From: Chloroflexota bacterium
GTDB taxonomy: Bacteria > Chloroflexota > Anaerolineae > Anaerolineales > E44-bin32
NCBI GenBank assembly: GCA_027298025.1
Contig: JAPUGV010000222.1
Coordinates: 5,146 to 69,145 of the forward strand
Reading direction: 5' to 3'
DNA: 64,000 nucleotides
Both the position numbers and the translations under genes were made by a program. This document shows, one piece after another, positions 9,973-20,416 of this stretch. The stretch's first letter is position 1. Each line of letters begins with the position of its first letter. The notes beneath the pieces were generated by a model, which was not told where the DNA came from, searched no databases, and was given only the letters and a program-made list of their open reading frames with translations.

Positions 9973-10481
9973 CCGAAGCTGAGACTACTCTGGTTGCACT
10001 GCAGCAGGCACTCGAGGAGCGATTCCTCGACTCGGTTGAATTTCGGGATCAGCTGACTGCGGTGCTCCAACCCGAGGCAGTCGTTGAAGCCTGTCAGTTC
10101 CTCAAGCGGCGCGACTTCGATCTTCTGATCGCGCTGACCGCCGCGGACCACTGGCCCGAAGAGCCTCGCTTTGAGATGGTCTATCAACTCTTTTCCGTCA
10201 AGCTAAATGCGCTAATCGGCCTGAGCGTCAGTCTCGAAGGAGACGAGCCGAAGGTTCCGAGCATCGAATCGGTTTATCCCAGCGCAAATTGGCACGAGCG
10301 AGAGGTCTTCGACATGTTTGGGATTGACTTCCCTGGGCACTCAGACCTAAGACGGATCCTGATGCCGCATGACTGGGAAGGCCATCCGCTCCGCAAAAAC
10401 TATCCGCTTGGCTATGAAGAGGTCCAGTTCTCCTTCAACTTTGATGACATTGACCGGCGGAAGAAGTACGCCAAGGACTAA
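9969..10481 (+). CDS. nuoC: NADH-quinone oxidoreductase subunit C
   Basis: 170 aa. The TTG start overlaps the nuoB TGA. Contains [24 protein letters not shown]. Confidence 0.9.
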   Translation: MTEAETTLVALQQALEERFLDSVEFRDQLTAVLQPEAVVEACQFLKRRDFDLLIALTAADHWPEEPRFEMVYQLFSVKLNALIGLSVSLEGDEPKVPSIESVYPSANWHEREVFDMFGIDFPGHSDLRRILMPHDWEGHPLRKNYPLGYEEVQFSFNFDDIDRRKKYAKD

Positions 10482-10494
10482 TCGAGAGCCGCAA

Positions 10495-11727
10495 ATGCTT
10501 GAAGGTCAAATGGAAGTCACCGTCGACGAGCTGAGGGGTCTTGTTTCGGAGCGCGCAATCCAGGGCGAGACAATGCTCCTTAACATGGGTCCTCAGCACC
10601 CCAGCACGCACGGGGTGTTGAGGCTGATTCTGGAGCTCGATGGCGAGACCATCGTCAACTTAGTGCCAGACATCGGTTTCCTTCATACGGGTATCGAAAA
10701 GAATATGGAAGCCATGACCTATGAAAAGGCCTTGGTCATGACGGACCGCATGGACTATTTAAATAATCTGGGCAGCAACCTGTGCTATTGCCTGGCGGTC
10801 GAAAAGCTCGTCGAGCTCGATGTCCCGCCCCGAGCCCAAGTAGTGCGTGTGCTGCTCACAGAGCTTACGAGAATCGCCTCCCATCTCCTATGGTTAGGAA
10901 CCCACGCGCTCGACTTGGCGGCCATGTCCGTGTTCTTGTACACCTGGCGCGAGCGGGAAATCCTCATGGATATTTTCGAGATGTGCTCGGGGCAACGGAT
11001 GATGACCTCCTATTTCCGGCCGGGCGGCTTATGGCGAGATATTCCACAGGGATTTGAGGGTGCCGTCAAGCAGTTTCTGGAGCTCTTTCCAGAGCGGATC
11101 AGGGAATATGAAAGCTTGCTGACGGAAAATCCCATCTATATAGAGCGTACAAAAGGAATCGGGGTTATTTCCACGGAAGAGGCCCTCGAGATCGGACTCA
11201 CGGGGCCGATTTTGAGAGCCACCGGCCTGCCGTTCGACATGCGCAAGGCCCAACCCTACAGCAGCTACGAGCAGTTCGACTTTGAAGTGCCAATCGCGAC
11301 CAACGGCGACACGTATGACCGCTATATCGTGCGCATGGAAGAGATGCGACAGTCGCTCAATATCGTGCGTCAAGCGCTGGATCGCCTGCCCGAAGGACCC
11401 TTCCGCAGCAACAACCGCAAGTTCGTCCCCCCACCGCGATCAGAACTGGGGCACAGCATGGAGGCCGTCATCCATCATTTCAAGTTGTGGACAGAGGGCT
11501 TTTTGGCTCCAAAGGGCGCGGTCTACGTACCCGTCGAATCGCCGCGCGGCGTCCTGGGATGTTACCTGGTGGGAGACGGTGGGCCCAAACCGCGGCGTGT
11601 GCACTTTCACGCGCCGAGCTTCGCCAACTTACAGGCGCTGCCCATGCTGTCCAGGGGCCACCTGGTTGCAGACGTTATCGCCATCATCAGCAGCCTCGAT
11701 CCCATTCTCGGCGATTCAGATCGGTAG
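10495..11727 (+). CDS. nuoD: NADH-quinone oxidoreductase subunit D
   Basis: ATG at 10495 (MLEGQMEV...), 13 nt after the nuoC stop. Contains LNMGPQHPSTHGVLRL and HAPSFANLQALP. The ORF-track start at 10369 overlaps nuoC and is rejected. Confidence 0.93.
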   Translation: MLEGQMEVTVDELRGLVSERAIQGETMLLNMGPQHPSTHGVLRLILELDGETIVNLVPDIGFLHTGIEKNMEAMTYEKALVMTDRMDYLNNLGSNLCYCLAVEKLVELDVPPRAQVVRVLLTELTRIASHLLWLGTHALDLAAMSVFLYTWREREILMDIFEMCSGQRMMTSYFRPGGLWRDIPQGFEGAVKQFLELFPERIREYESLLTENPIYIERTKGIGVISTEEALEIGLTGPILRATGLPFDMRKAQPYSSYEQFDFEVPIATNGDTYDRYIVRMEEMRQSLNIVRQALDRLPEGPFRSNNRKFVPPPRSELGHSMEAVIHHFKLWTEGFLAPKGAVYVPVESPRGVLGCYLVGDGGPKPRRVHFHAPSFANLQALPMLSRGHLVADVIAIISSLDPILGDSDR

Positions 11728-11731
11728 AGTA

Positions 11732-12232
11732 ATGCTGGCGGAAATCTACACCCAAGAGATCGAAGCCATCCTTGCCAAGTATCCCTCCGACCAGAAGCGT
11801 TCGGCGGTTATGCCGCTGCTATTTCTTGCACAACGAGAGTATGGAACTCTGACCAACGAAGCGATTTCCGAAGTCGGTGAATTGATCGGACTCCAGTCTA
11901 CGGAGGTCGCCTCGCTGGTGGGTTTCTATACTCTGTATCACGATCGACCGGGGGGCAAGTATCGCATCCAGGTCTGTACCGATTTGCCCTGCTCCTTGCG
12001 AGGCGCGCAGGCATTTGCAGATGAATTGTGTGAGAAATTGGATATCAGGATGGGAGAGACTACCCCTGACGGGCAGGTGACCGTTGAGGAAGTGAAATGC
12101 CTGGCCGCATGTGATCACGCGCCAATGTTTCAGCTGCAGGAGCCGAATGGAATCCACTATTATGAAGACCAGTCTGCGGGTTCAGCCATGGCGCTGATCG
12201 AGGCTCTCCGGGTAAAGGGCCAAGTTGACTGA
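11732..12232 (+). CDS. nuoE: NADH-quinone oxidoreductase subunit E
   Basis: ATG at 11732 (MLAEIYTQEIEAIL...). The 2Fe-2S cysteines are in VCTDLPCSLRG and KCLAACDHAP. The long ORF-track N-terminus (11282) is the alternate frame of nuoD. Confidence 0.92.
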   Translation: MLAEIYTQEIEAILAKYPSDQKRSAVMPLLFLAQREYGTLTNEAISEVGELIGLQSTEVASLVGFYTLYHDRPGGKYRIQVCTDLPCSLRGAQAFADELCEKLDIRMGETTPDGQVTVEEVKCLAACDHAPMFQLQEPNGIHYYEDQSAGSAMALIEALRVKGQVD

Positions 12233-13493
12233 ACACATCGTCCTGCGGCACCGGGACTTGGAAGGGCTTGACCAGCTCGACGTCTACCTCGAGAACGGTG
12301 GTTTTGGCGCACTCGAGTCGATCGTCAAGAAGAAGTCACCTGAGCAAGTCATCGATATCGTCAAGAAGTCGGGACTGCGAGGTCGAGGGGGGGCTGGATT
12401 CCCTACCGGAGTCAAGTGGAGCTTCCTCTCCCCCGACGTGTTTCCGCGTTATGTTGTCGCTAACGCGGATGAGTCCGAGCCCGGCACCTTCAAGGACCGC
12501 GAGATCATGGAGCGCAACCCCTTCCAATTTCTCGAAGGGGTTGCGATCTGTGCCTACGCGGCACAGGCCAACGTGGCCTACATCTATTGCCGGGGGGAGT
12601 TCTGGGATTTGACACGTGAGCTCGATTCGAAAATCGAGCAGCTTAAAGAACTGGGGTTGTTGGGAAAGAAGCTCTTTGCCAGCGACTACTCGCTAGAGAT
12701 GCAGACGCACCTGGGGGCAGGCGCTTACATTTGCGGCGAAGAGACCGCGCTGCTTGAATCGCTGGAAGGAAAGTTGGGACAGCCGAGGCTGCGCCCGCCG
12801 TTTCCCGCCGCGGAAGGTCTCTACGGAAAACCCACGGTAGTGAATAACGTAGAGACGCTGACCAATTTACCTCCGATCATTAATCGCGGAGCCGACTGGT
12901 TCAGCAGCATCGGAACCGAGAAGAGCACCGGCACCAAGGTTTTTTCAGTGTCTGGGAAGGTCGAGCGACCGGGCAACTATGAATTACCGCTCGGAGCGAC
13001 TTTCCGCGAATTGATCTTCGAACGCGCGGGGGGCATCCCCAACGGCCATGCGATCAAGGCAATCCTGCCGGCGGGCGCCTCAGCCCCAATCCTGCCCGCG
13101 ACCAAAGAGGTCTTGGACACCGGGATGGACTATGAATCGGTGTCTCAGGTTGGATCTTCGCTGGGGTCCGCCTCGATCATTGTGATCGACGAGACGGTGG
13201 ATATCGCCTGGGTGGAATCCAAGATCACGGACTTCTTCGAGCACGAGTCGTGCGGCAAGTGCACTCCCTGCCGAGACGGCACCTATTGGATGAAGCACAT
13301 CTTTGAGCGCATCATGCACGATACGGCGCAGCCGCAGGAGATTGACCTGCTGCACACGGTTGGGATCGGGATTCAAGGCAAATGCTTATGCGCACTGGGC
13401 GATTTCGCGGGGTTGGCGGTCACATCGGCGTTGGAGCGTTTCGGGCCGGAATTTGACCTTCACGCCGTGGGCAATTCGAGCAAGGCCGCATGA
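12225..13493 (+). CDS. nuoF: NADH-quinone oxidoreductase subunit F
   Basis: 422 aa. Contains GLRGRGGAGFPTGVKW (FMN/NADH site) and ESCGKCTPCRDG (the N3 cluster). Confidence 0.95.
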   Translation: MTEHIVLRHRDLEGLDQLDVYLENGGFGALESIVKKKSPEQVIDIVKKSGLRGRGGAGFPTGVKWSFLSPDVFPRYVVANADESEPGTFKDREIMERNPFQFLEGVAICAYAAQANVAYIYCRGEFWDLTRELDSKIEQLKELGLLGKKLFASDYSLEMQTHLGAGAYICGEETALLESLEGKLGQPRLRPPFPAAEGLYGKPTVVNNVETLTNLPPIINRGADWFSSIGTEKSTGTKVFSVSGKVERPGNYELPLGATFRELIFERAGGIPNGHAIKAILPAGASAPILPATKEVLDTGMDYESVSQVGSSLGSASIIVIDETVDIAWVESKITDFFEHESCGKCTPCRDGTYWMKHIFERIMHDTAQPQEIDLLHTVGIGIQGKCLCALGDFAGLAVTSALERFGPEFDLHAVGNSSKAA

Positions 13494-15973
13494 GCGTCAC
13501 ACTCACGATAGATGGCACGGAAGTCACCGTACCCGAAGGTATGCTGCTCGTGGACGCCGCTAAGCGTCAGGGCACCGAGGTGCCGGTCTTCTGCTACCAC
13601 CCCAAGATGGAGCCGGTAGGCATGTGCCGCGTTTGTCTGGTTGAGATCGGGCGCCCGGCTCGTGATCGGGCTACCGGTGAGCCGCTTCTCGACGAATCCG
13701 GCGATCCAGTGATCCAATTTGGGCCGAACCTCGAGACGGCCTGCACGATGCCCGTCGGCCAGGGCTGGCAAGTACGGGTTGCAAGTGAGAAGGCAATTCA
13801 GGGGCGCAATGAGATCGTCGAATACCTGCTCACCTCCCACCCGCTCGACTGCCCGATCTGCGATAAGGGCGGTGAGTGCCCGCTCCAAGACCTGACCATG
13901 GGGCACGGGCCGGGTGAAAGTCGGTTCCTCTTCGATGACAAGATTCATCTCGCCAAACACGTCCCTCTCGGGGAGCTGATCTTCCTCGATCGGGAACGAT
14001 GTATCCAATGCGCTCGGTGTACCCGGTTCCAGGACGAGATCGTGGGCGACCCGGTCATCGGCTTTTATGAGCGCGGACGTCGCCTCGAAATCGTTACCTA
14101 TTCGAATCCGGGATTCGATTCCTATTTTTCCGGCAATACAACCGACATCTGCCCGGTGGGCGCACTGACGACCGCCGACTTCCGATTTGGGGCGCGCCCG
14201 TGGGAGCTCAATTCAGCCGCTTCGATCTGCCCGCATTGCCCGGTGGGATGCAATCTGACGCTGAGCACTCGGCGCGAGGCGCGTGCTGGCGGGCGGGATA
14301 TTGTCAAGCGCGTCATGCCGCGGCAGAACGAACATGTCAATGAGATCTGGATATGTGACAAGGGCCGCTTCGCCCATCACTACGCCCGGGACCCGGAACG
14401 ATTGACGACCCCACTGGTCCGCAAGAACGGGAAGCTGGCCAAGGCTTCGTGGAAAGAGGCCCTGACAAGAGCCGCTGAAGGCCTGAAGGAAGCCGGGACG
14501 GATTTAATCGGAGTCGCGAGCGGCCGTCTCACAAATGAAGACCTATATAACTTGCGAGTGCTATTCGGGAAGTTGGGCGGAAAAGCTATCCTGTCCGATC
14601 CGATGGCGGGAGGGAACCTCGTTCAGCGCTACGGTGTCGGCGTGGGAAGCAATCTCAGCTCGCTGGGCAAGCGAGACGCGGTTCTGGTGATCGCCTCAGA
14701 TCTGCATGAGGAGGCGCCCATATGGTGGCTGCGGCTCAAGCAGGCCGCCGAACGGGGCGCTACACTCATCGTTGCAAATGCCCGGGCAACCCGTCTCGAC
14801 GACTACGCCCAGCATAACCTGCGTTATGACTGGGGTGATGGCGCACGCACGGCGCTGGGACTCCTCCACTTCATCGGAGCAGATCCGGAGCTCGCCCGGT
14901 TTGAGGGGGATCGGGCCCTGAAATCGGCGGCTAGGGCGTTCAAGAGGGCGCGGAATGCCACCGTCTTCTTCGGTCGGGAGGGCCTGAACTACGCTGGGAC
15001 GGAGGCGCTTGCCCGCGCTTGCGCATTAATGATTGAGGCCAAGGGACGCCTGGGTGAGCCAAACAATGGGCTCGTGGCAGTGTGGCCGCGGGCGAATACT
15101 CAGGGTGCTTGGGATATGGGCTTGAGACCCGATCCTCGAGGATTGAATACTGCTCTCGAGGGAGCGGTGGCGGCCTATGTCATAGCGGCCGATCCGGTCG
15201 GCGACGAGTCCGCCTCGCTTGAGAAGCTCTCGACGCTGATTGTTCAGGACCTATTCGTTACTGCAACCGCGGAGTTGGCAGACGTGGTCCTCCCTGCGCA
15301 GTCCTTCGTTGAGCGAGCCGGCACGTTCACGAGCGGCGAGCGCCGAGTGCAACGACTCTATCCCGCGGTCAGCGAACCCTCGGGGAGCCTTCCGGATTGG
15401 AAAATTGTGGCGGAAGTGGCTCGCCGGCTGGAGATCGGTCTGGAAGATACGGCGGCTCCGCTGGTGTTCGAGCGCATCGCCAGCGAGGTTCGAGACTATT
15501 CGGGGCTCAGCTACGATGATCTGGCGGTGGTTGAACCGCAGTGGCCGGAGGTTGGGGGAGGGGACAATTACTTTGGCGGAACGGCCTACGCCAACAAGCA
15601 AGGGTTGGGTGTCCAACTCGCGCCGCACAGAGCCAGCCGACCGCTAAGGTGGAAGGCGCCTCCCAGGGCAAGCGCCGCAAAGGACCTCCTGCTAATGCCG
15701 GTCACAAAACTCTACGATCAAGGCCGCACGCTGAGACCGTCCAAGTTGCTGGCGGCCCGGATGGCTCCACTTCAGATGACTCTACACCCCACGGAAATCG
15801 AGCGGCTGGGGCTTTCGGGGGCCGAGGAGGCGGAGATCAGCTGGGACGGACGAGTGGAACGGTTGAAATTCACGCCGAGCACCGAGGTACCGCCCGGCTC
15901 CGCGCTGGTTCCGCGCAGCGTAGGCCTGGCCCTTTTGGAACCGACTCCGGTAACGGTGAGGCGCCCAAACTAA
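13490..15973 (+). CDS. nuoG: NADH-quinone oxidoreductase subunit G
   Basis: 827 aa with an ATGA overlap with nuoF. The N-terminal Fe-S motifs are CYHPKMEPVGMCRVCLVE, HPLDCPICDKGGECPLQD and CIQCARCTRF. A molybdopterin-oxidoreductase-like body follows. Confidence 0.93.
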   Translation: MSVTLTIDGTEVTVPEGMLLVDAAKRQGTEVPVFCYHPKMEPVGMCRVCLVEIGRPARDRATGEPLLDESGDPVIQFGPNLETACTMPVGQGWQVRVASEKAIQGRNEIVEYLLTSHPLDCPICDKGGECPLQDLTMGHGPGESRFLFDDKIHLAKHVPLGELIFLDRERCIQCARCTRFQDEIVGDPVIGFYERGRRLEIVTYSNPGFDSYFSGNTTDICPVGALTTADFRFGARPWELNSAASICPHCPVGCNLTLSTRREARAGGRDIVKRVMPRQNEHVNEIWICDKGRFAHHYARDPERLTTPLVRKNGKLAKASWKEALTRAAEGLKEAGTDLIGVASGRLTNEDLYNLRVLFGKLGGKAILSDPMAGGNLVQRYGVGVGSNLSSLGKRDAVLVIASDLHEEAPIWWLRLKQAAERGATLIVANARATRLDDYAQHNLRYDWGDGARTALGLLHFIGADPELARFEGDRALKSAARAFKRARNATVFFGREGLNYAGTEALARACALMIEAKGRLGEPNNGLVAVWPRANTQGAWDMGLRPDPRGLNTALEGAVAAYVIAADPVGDESASLEKLSTLIVQDLFVTATAELADVVLPAQSFVERAGTFTSGERRVQRLYPAVSEPSGSLPDWKIVAEVARRLEIGLEDTAAPLVFERIASEVRDYSGLSYDDLAVVEPQWPEVGGGDNYFGGTAYANKQGLGVQLAPHRASRPLRWKAPPRASAAKDLLLMPVTKLYDQGRTLRPSKLLAARMAPLQMTLHPTEIERLGLSGAEEAEISWDGRVERLKFTPSTEVPPGSALVPRSVGLALLEPTPVTVRRPN

Positions 15974-16983
15974 TGATCTCCATAGCATCCCTGGTGGAGT
16001 GGTCCATTAAGTCTCTAGTGCTCATCACCATCATCCTGGGAGGATTCGCGTATCTGACGCTGTTTGAGCGACGCACCCTCGCTCGGATGCAGACCCGCAT
16101 CGGACCCAACCGAGCCGGGCCAGCAGGCCTGCTGCAGCCGGTTGCGGATGGGATCAAGCTGATGTTCAAGGAGGAGCTGATCCCAGACCGGGCTGACAAG
16201 GTGTTATTCATATTGGCCCCCATTATTACCGTGGTACCCGTGCTGCTGCTGCTGGCAGTCATTCCGCTGGGGCCGGACATCGAGCTCTTCGGTCAGGAGA
16301 TCAGCTTGGGTCTAGCATCCGAGATCGACGTGGGGTTGCTCTTCATCCTGGCCGTAGCCTCGATCGCAGTTTATGGCATCGTAATCGCCGGCTGGTCTTC
16401 CTACAGCAAATACTCCCTGCTAGGTGGACTGCGCGCTACGGCCCAGATGGTCAGCTACGAGCTTGCGCTGGGATTGGCCATCGTGGGCCCGATTTTGCTT
16501 GCCGGGTCCATGAGCGTGGCAGAAATCGTGGCCGATCAACGAAGTCTCTGGTACGTGGTCCTGCAACCGATCGGGTTTCTAATCTTCCTGATTGCTTCAG
16601 TAGCGGAGATCAATCGAGCGCCATTTGACATGCCGGAGGCGGAACAGGAGCTGACCGGCGGCTACCTCACCGAGTATTCGGGAATGAAATTCGCGCTCTT
16701 TTTCATGGCCGAGTACGGGAAGATGATCGCGATCAGCTTCGTGACTGCCACCGTATTCCTCGGAGGCTATTGGGGACCCTTTGTTGATCGCATCGGCTTG
16801 CTGGGACCGGTTTATCTGTTCGCGAAGGTAGTGGCGCTTCTCTTCTTTATTATCTGGATTCGTGCCACCCTGCCACGCCTGCGTTACGATCGACTGATGG
16901 CCTTTGGCTGGAAGGTTCTGCTTCCCGTTGGACTGCTCAATGTCGTCATCACCGGCGGCCTCATCGTGGTGTTGGACTTATGA
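15973..16983 (+). CDS. nuoH: NADH-quinone oxidoreductase subunit H
   Basis: ATG at 15973 sits in a TAATG overlap with nuoG. Contains TLFERRTLARMQTRIGPNRAGP and EAEQELTGGYLTEYSGMKFALFFMAEY. The ORF-track start at 15541 is the alternate frame of nuoG. Confidence 0.93.
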   Translation: MISIASLVEWSIKSLVLITIILGGFAYLTLFERRTLARMQTRIGPNRAGPAGLLQPVADGIKLMFKEELIPDRADKVLFILAPIITVVPVLLLLAVIPLGPDIELFGQEISLGLASEIDVGLLFILAVASIAVYGIVIAGWSSYSKYSLLGGLRATAQMVSYELALGLAIVGPILLAGSMSVAEIVADQRSLWYVVLQPIGFLIFLIASVAEINRAPFDMPEAEQELTGGYLTEYSGMKFALFFMAEYGKMIAISFVTATVFLGGYWGPFVDRIGLLGPVYLFAKVVALLFFIIWIRATLPRLRYDRLMAFGWKVLLPVGLLNVVITGGLIVVLDL

Positions 16984-17483
16984 AGCCGCTCGAGCTCTTG
17001 CGCGGACTACGTACCACCTTGTTCATGATGTTTGAGCGCCCGGTCACCTACCAGTATCCCGAGGTCAAGCGCCCGGTCCGGGAGCGCTTCAAAGGCCGGC
17101 ACGAACTGAAGCGCTACGACAATGGTCTGGAGAAATGTATCGGCTGCTCGCTTTGCGAAGCCGCATGTCCGGCCGATGCTATTTTTGTTGAGTCGGCGGA
17201 GAACACCGACGAGGAGCGCTATTCCCCGGGCGAACGCTACGCCAGCACCTATGAGATCAACATGCTGCGCTGCATCTTCTGCGGGTACTGCGAAGATGCC
17301 TGCCCGACGGAGGCCATCGTCCTGGAACACAACTACGAGCTTTCGTACACGAATCGTCGGGAGGCGATCTACACCCGCGATATGCTGCTTGTGCCGGTGC
17401 TCCCTGGGGGACATCCAACGCCAATGAAGACGACGCCCGGAGAATTCGACCGCTCCATCCCAGAGATGGACGATCCGCAATAA
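16980..17483 (+). CDS. nuoI: NADH-quinone oxidoreductase subunit I
   Basis: 167 aa with two 4Fe-4S ferredoxin motifs, CIGCSLCEAACP and CIFCGYCEDACP. Confidence 0.93.
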   Translation: MKPLELLRGLRTTLFMMFERPVTYQYPEVKRPVRERFKGRHELKRYDNGLEKCIGCSLCEAACPADAIFVESAENTDEERYSPGERYASTYEINMLRCIFCGYCEDACPTEAIVLEHNYELSYTNRREAIYTRDMLLVPVLPGGHPTPMKTTPGEFDRSIPEMDDPQ

Positions 17484-17549
17484 GAGCTGGGTGCTGACCA
17501 TTTGAACGGTTGGAGAAGGCCTGCGCTGCCGGAAGCAGCGAAATAACGC

Positions 17550-18062
17550 ATGACCGTTGAATTCGCGATCTTCTTGAGCCTGGCGGCTGTTGCAGTGGGC
17601 GCATCCATCGCTATGCTCGTCAGCCGAAACGCGGTCTATTCGGCGCTCTTTCTGGTCATTGTCTTATTTGCCATCGCAGTGCTCTTCTTGCTCTTGTCGG
17701 CGGCGTTCATAGCCATGGTTCAGGTGGCGATCTATGCGGGCGCCATCATGGTTTTGTTCCTTTTCGTAATCATGCTGCTGGGGACGGAGAATGTTGAATC
17801 CGAGCCAAGCCACCCCTGGCAATTCGCAACCGCGCTCGTGCTCAGCTTTGGGCTCATTATTCAATTCCTCATCGTGGCGAACGGCCTTCCTGGCGAGTCT
17901 GGCGGCGATTTCGGCGAGGTGGCGGAAGGCTTTGGCAGTCCTGCCGGCATCGGAACGCTGCTCTTCGAGGAATACTTGATTCCCTTTGAAGTGACCTCGC
18001 TCTTGCTTCTGGCTGCCATGGTGGGCGCCATTGTCCTGACGCGCTGGGAGCGTTCGAAATGA
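17550..18062 (+). CDS. nuoJ: NADH-quinone oxidoreductase subunit J
   Basis: 170-aa hydrophobic protein at the nuoJ position. Contains [20 protein letters not shown]. Confidence 0.88.
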   Translation: MTVEFAIFLSLAAVAVGASIAMLVSRNAVYSALFLVIVLFAIAVLFLLLSAAFIAMVQVAIYAGAIMVLFLFVIMLLGTENVESEPSHPWQFATALVLSFGLIIQFLIVANGLPGESGGDFGEVAEGFGSPAGIGTLLFEEYLIPFEVTSLLLLAAMVGAIVLTRWERSK

Positions 18063-18370
18063 TCCCCGGAGTCTCAATGACGCATATCCTGATCCTCTCG
18101 GGAGTGCTCTTCACACTGGGGACATTGGGAGTGCTGATTCGGCGCAACGCTATTGTGATGTTTATGTCCATCGAGCTTATGCTGAATGCCTCCAACTTGG
18201 CGTTCGTAGGCTTTGCGAGATCCATGGGGGCCCTGAGCGGCCAGGTGTTCGTGTTTTTCGTCATCGCGGTGGCCGCGGCAGAGGTGGCGGTCGGACTGGC
18301 CCTGATTGTTGCCGTCTACCGCAGCCGGAGCAGCATCGACGTTGACAGGGTGAGCGATCTCAAGGGATGA
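18059..18370 (+). CDS. nuoK: NADH-quinone oxidoreductase subunit K
   Basis: 103 aa with three TM helices. Contains [15 protein letters not shown] and [13 protein letters not shown]. An alternative ATG is at 18077. Confidence 0.9.
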   Translation: MIPGVSMTHILILSGVLFTLGTLGVLIRRNAIVMFMSIELMLNASNLAFVGFARSMGALSGQVFVFFVIAVAAAEVAVGLALIVAVYRSRSSIDVDRVSDLKG

Positions 18371-20400
18371 CTGCAGAAGCCCTTTTCAGTCTGGCGCCGC
18401 TCTTAATCCTCTTCCCGCTCTTGGGTCTGGTCGTCAACATAATTGCCGGCCGGCGCCTAGGCGAACGCGGGGTGGGCATCGTGGCCAGCGCGGCGGTCGG
18501 CCTGGCGTTTGTGATCGCGATCCTCCAATTCATCGCGTTGAGAATGGATCCGAGCGGCGCCACGATCCACATCGCCGATTGGATCGTGATCGGGCAACTC
18601 GAAGTCGAGTGGGCGCTGCAAATCGATACCCTGTCAGTGACCATGATGCTTATGGTGACGGGTGTGGGCGGATTGATCCATATCTATGCCGTTGGTTACA
18701 TGCACGACGACGTGCGCTTTCAGGGCGACCCCTCCCGCTTCCCACGTTTCTTCGTCTACTTCAACCTCTTCATCGCGGCCATGCTGCTTCTGGTCACAGG
18801 AGACAGCTACCTCACGATGTTCGTGGGCTGGGAGGGCGTGGGGTTGTGCTCCTACCTGCTGATCAGCTTCTGGTATGAGAAAGGCGAGGACGGGATCGGG
18901 AACGCGTTGGCAGGCAAAAAGGCCTTCGTCGTCAACCGTATTGGAGACTTTGGCTTCATTATCGCCATGCTGATCACGTTCTGGTTCTTCGGAACCTTGA
19001 CGTTCGAAGAGGTCTTTAATGAAGCAGAGGCGATGGGGGCCGGCGCGGTTGGCGCCGCCACCGCCATCACGCTCTTTCTTTTGGTTGGTGCGGCCGGCAA
19101 GTCGGCCCAAATCCCACTCTTTGTCTGGCTTCCCGATGCGATGGCCGGACCGACTCCCGTTTCGGCTCTTATCCACGCCGCCACGATGGTGACCGCCGGC
19201 ATTTACATGCTCGTTCGCAATGCAGCACTGCTTGAAATTGCGACTGTGACACCGGACATCATTGCGATTATCGGAGCCGCTACCGCGCTGCTCGCGGCCA
19301 GCATCGCGGTCGCTCGTTTTGATATCAAGCGCGTGCTTGCCTATTCCACCATCAGCCAGCTGGGGTTCATGATCGCCGCGGTGGGGATCGGAGCTTATGT
19401 AGCCGCCATCTTCCATCTTGTGGCTCACGCATTTTTCAAGGCGTTGCTGTTCCTTTCTGCCGGTTCCGTGATCCAGGGGGTGGAGCATGGGCACCACCGT
19501 GCGGATTCGCACGAGGAGCATTTCAACCCAAACGACATGCGAGTCATGGGTGGCTTGCGTACGCGGATGAAGGCTACCTTCTGGGTATATCTGATCGGGG
19601 CCCTGGCGCTGGTGGGTATACCGCCCTTGGCCGGTTTCTTCTCAAAGGACGAAATTCTTGCCGACGCCTTGTTGGTGAGTCCCGCAGTCTATTGGGTGCT
19701 TGTAGGCTCCGCCTTCCTGACCGCCTTCTATATGGGTCGGCAGATCCTGATGGTCTTCTTTGGCAAGCCGCGCTCGAAGGCTGCCGAAGCTGCGGAAGAA
19801 AGCCCGGCTGTCATGGTGGCCCCGCTCGTTGTGCTGGCAATCCTGTCCGTGGGCGGCGGCCTCATCAATAGTCCCGGATTACTCCCCCTCACCCACTTTT
19901 TGGAGGACACCCTCGAGGGCCTCCGCGAGCCCGAATTTGTCGCGGCAGTCGCCGCCATCTCGACGCTACTGGCGGTCTTGGCCATCGTCCTGGCCTGGCT
20001 GGTGTATGGCCGGAGACCGATGGCCCACGATCCGGTGCGGCGGCTGGGATCTCTATGGACGGCGATTCGTCATCGATGGTGGGTTGATGGGTTTTACGAT
20101 TGGCTGATCGTCAGCCGATATATTTCGTTGTCGCACTGGTTAGCTGAGGTGGCGGACGAGCAGTTTCTACACGATTGGGTTCACGATACGGTGATCGCCC
20201 GAAGCTTCGTTCGAGCCACGAACTGGCTGGCCAGCGTACTTGACCTCAGGCTCATTGATCGGGGATTCGACGGGCTGGGGGCTCTTACGCGCAGGGGCGC
20301 TGGCGGGCTGGGAGCGCTGCAGACCGGCTACGTGCGCAATTATGCGGTCGCGGTATTTATTGGAATGGTGCTCGTGGTGAGCTACTTGCTGCTGAGCTAG
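18367..20400 (+). CDS. nuoL: NADH-quinone oxidoreductase subunit L
   Basis: 677-aa antiporter-like subunit. Contains [15 protein letters not shown] and [25 protein letters not shown]. Confidence 0.93.
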   Translation: MTAEALFSLAPLLILFPLLGLVVNIIAGRRLGERGVGIVASAAVGLAFVIAILQFIALRMDPSGATIHIADWIVIGQLEVEWALQIDTLSVTMMLMVTGVGGLIHIYAVGYMHDDVRFQGDPSRFPRFFVYFNLFIAAMLLLVTGDSYLTMFVGWEGVGLCSYLLISFWYEKGEDGIGNALAGKKAFVVNRIGDFGFIIAMLITFWFFGTLTFEEVFNEAEAMGAGAVGAATAITLFLLVGAAGKSAQIPLFVWLPDAMAGPTPVSALIHAATMVTAGIYMLVRNAALLEIATVTPDIIAIIGAATALLAASIAVARFDIKRVLAYSTISQLGFMIAAVGIGAYVAAIFHLVAHAFFKALLFLSAGSVIQGVEHGHHRADSHEEHFNPNDMRVMGGLRTRMKATFWVYLIGALALVGIPPLAGFFSKDEILADALLVSPAVYWVLVGSAFLTAFYMGRQILMVFFGKPRSKAAEAAEESPAVMVAPLVVLAILSVGGGLINSPGLLPLTHFLEDTLEGLREPEFVAAVAAISTLLAVLAIVLAWLVYGRRPMAHDPVRRLGSLWTAIRHRWWVDGFYDWLIVSRYISLSHWLAEVADEQFLHDWVHDTVIARSFVRATNWLASVLDLRLIDRGFDGLGALTRRGAGGLGALQTGYVRNYAVAVFIGMVLVVSYLLLS

Positions 20401-20416
20401 GGACCCGGGAAAACAT

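Noticed and set aside
18634-19521. 295-aa minus-strand ORF, and similar long antisense ORFs at 13460-14008, 20167-20814, 31579-32223, 46642-47286, 50643-51653, 53955-54653 and 59783-60529
   Set aside because: Each lies entirely antisense to a gene with strong family motifs (nuoL, nuoG, nuoM, groEL, M23, elp3, ABC, dnaE). Their sequences are Arg/Gly/His-rich with no recognisable motifs. This is the usual open antisense frame seen in GC-rich DNA.
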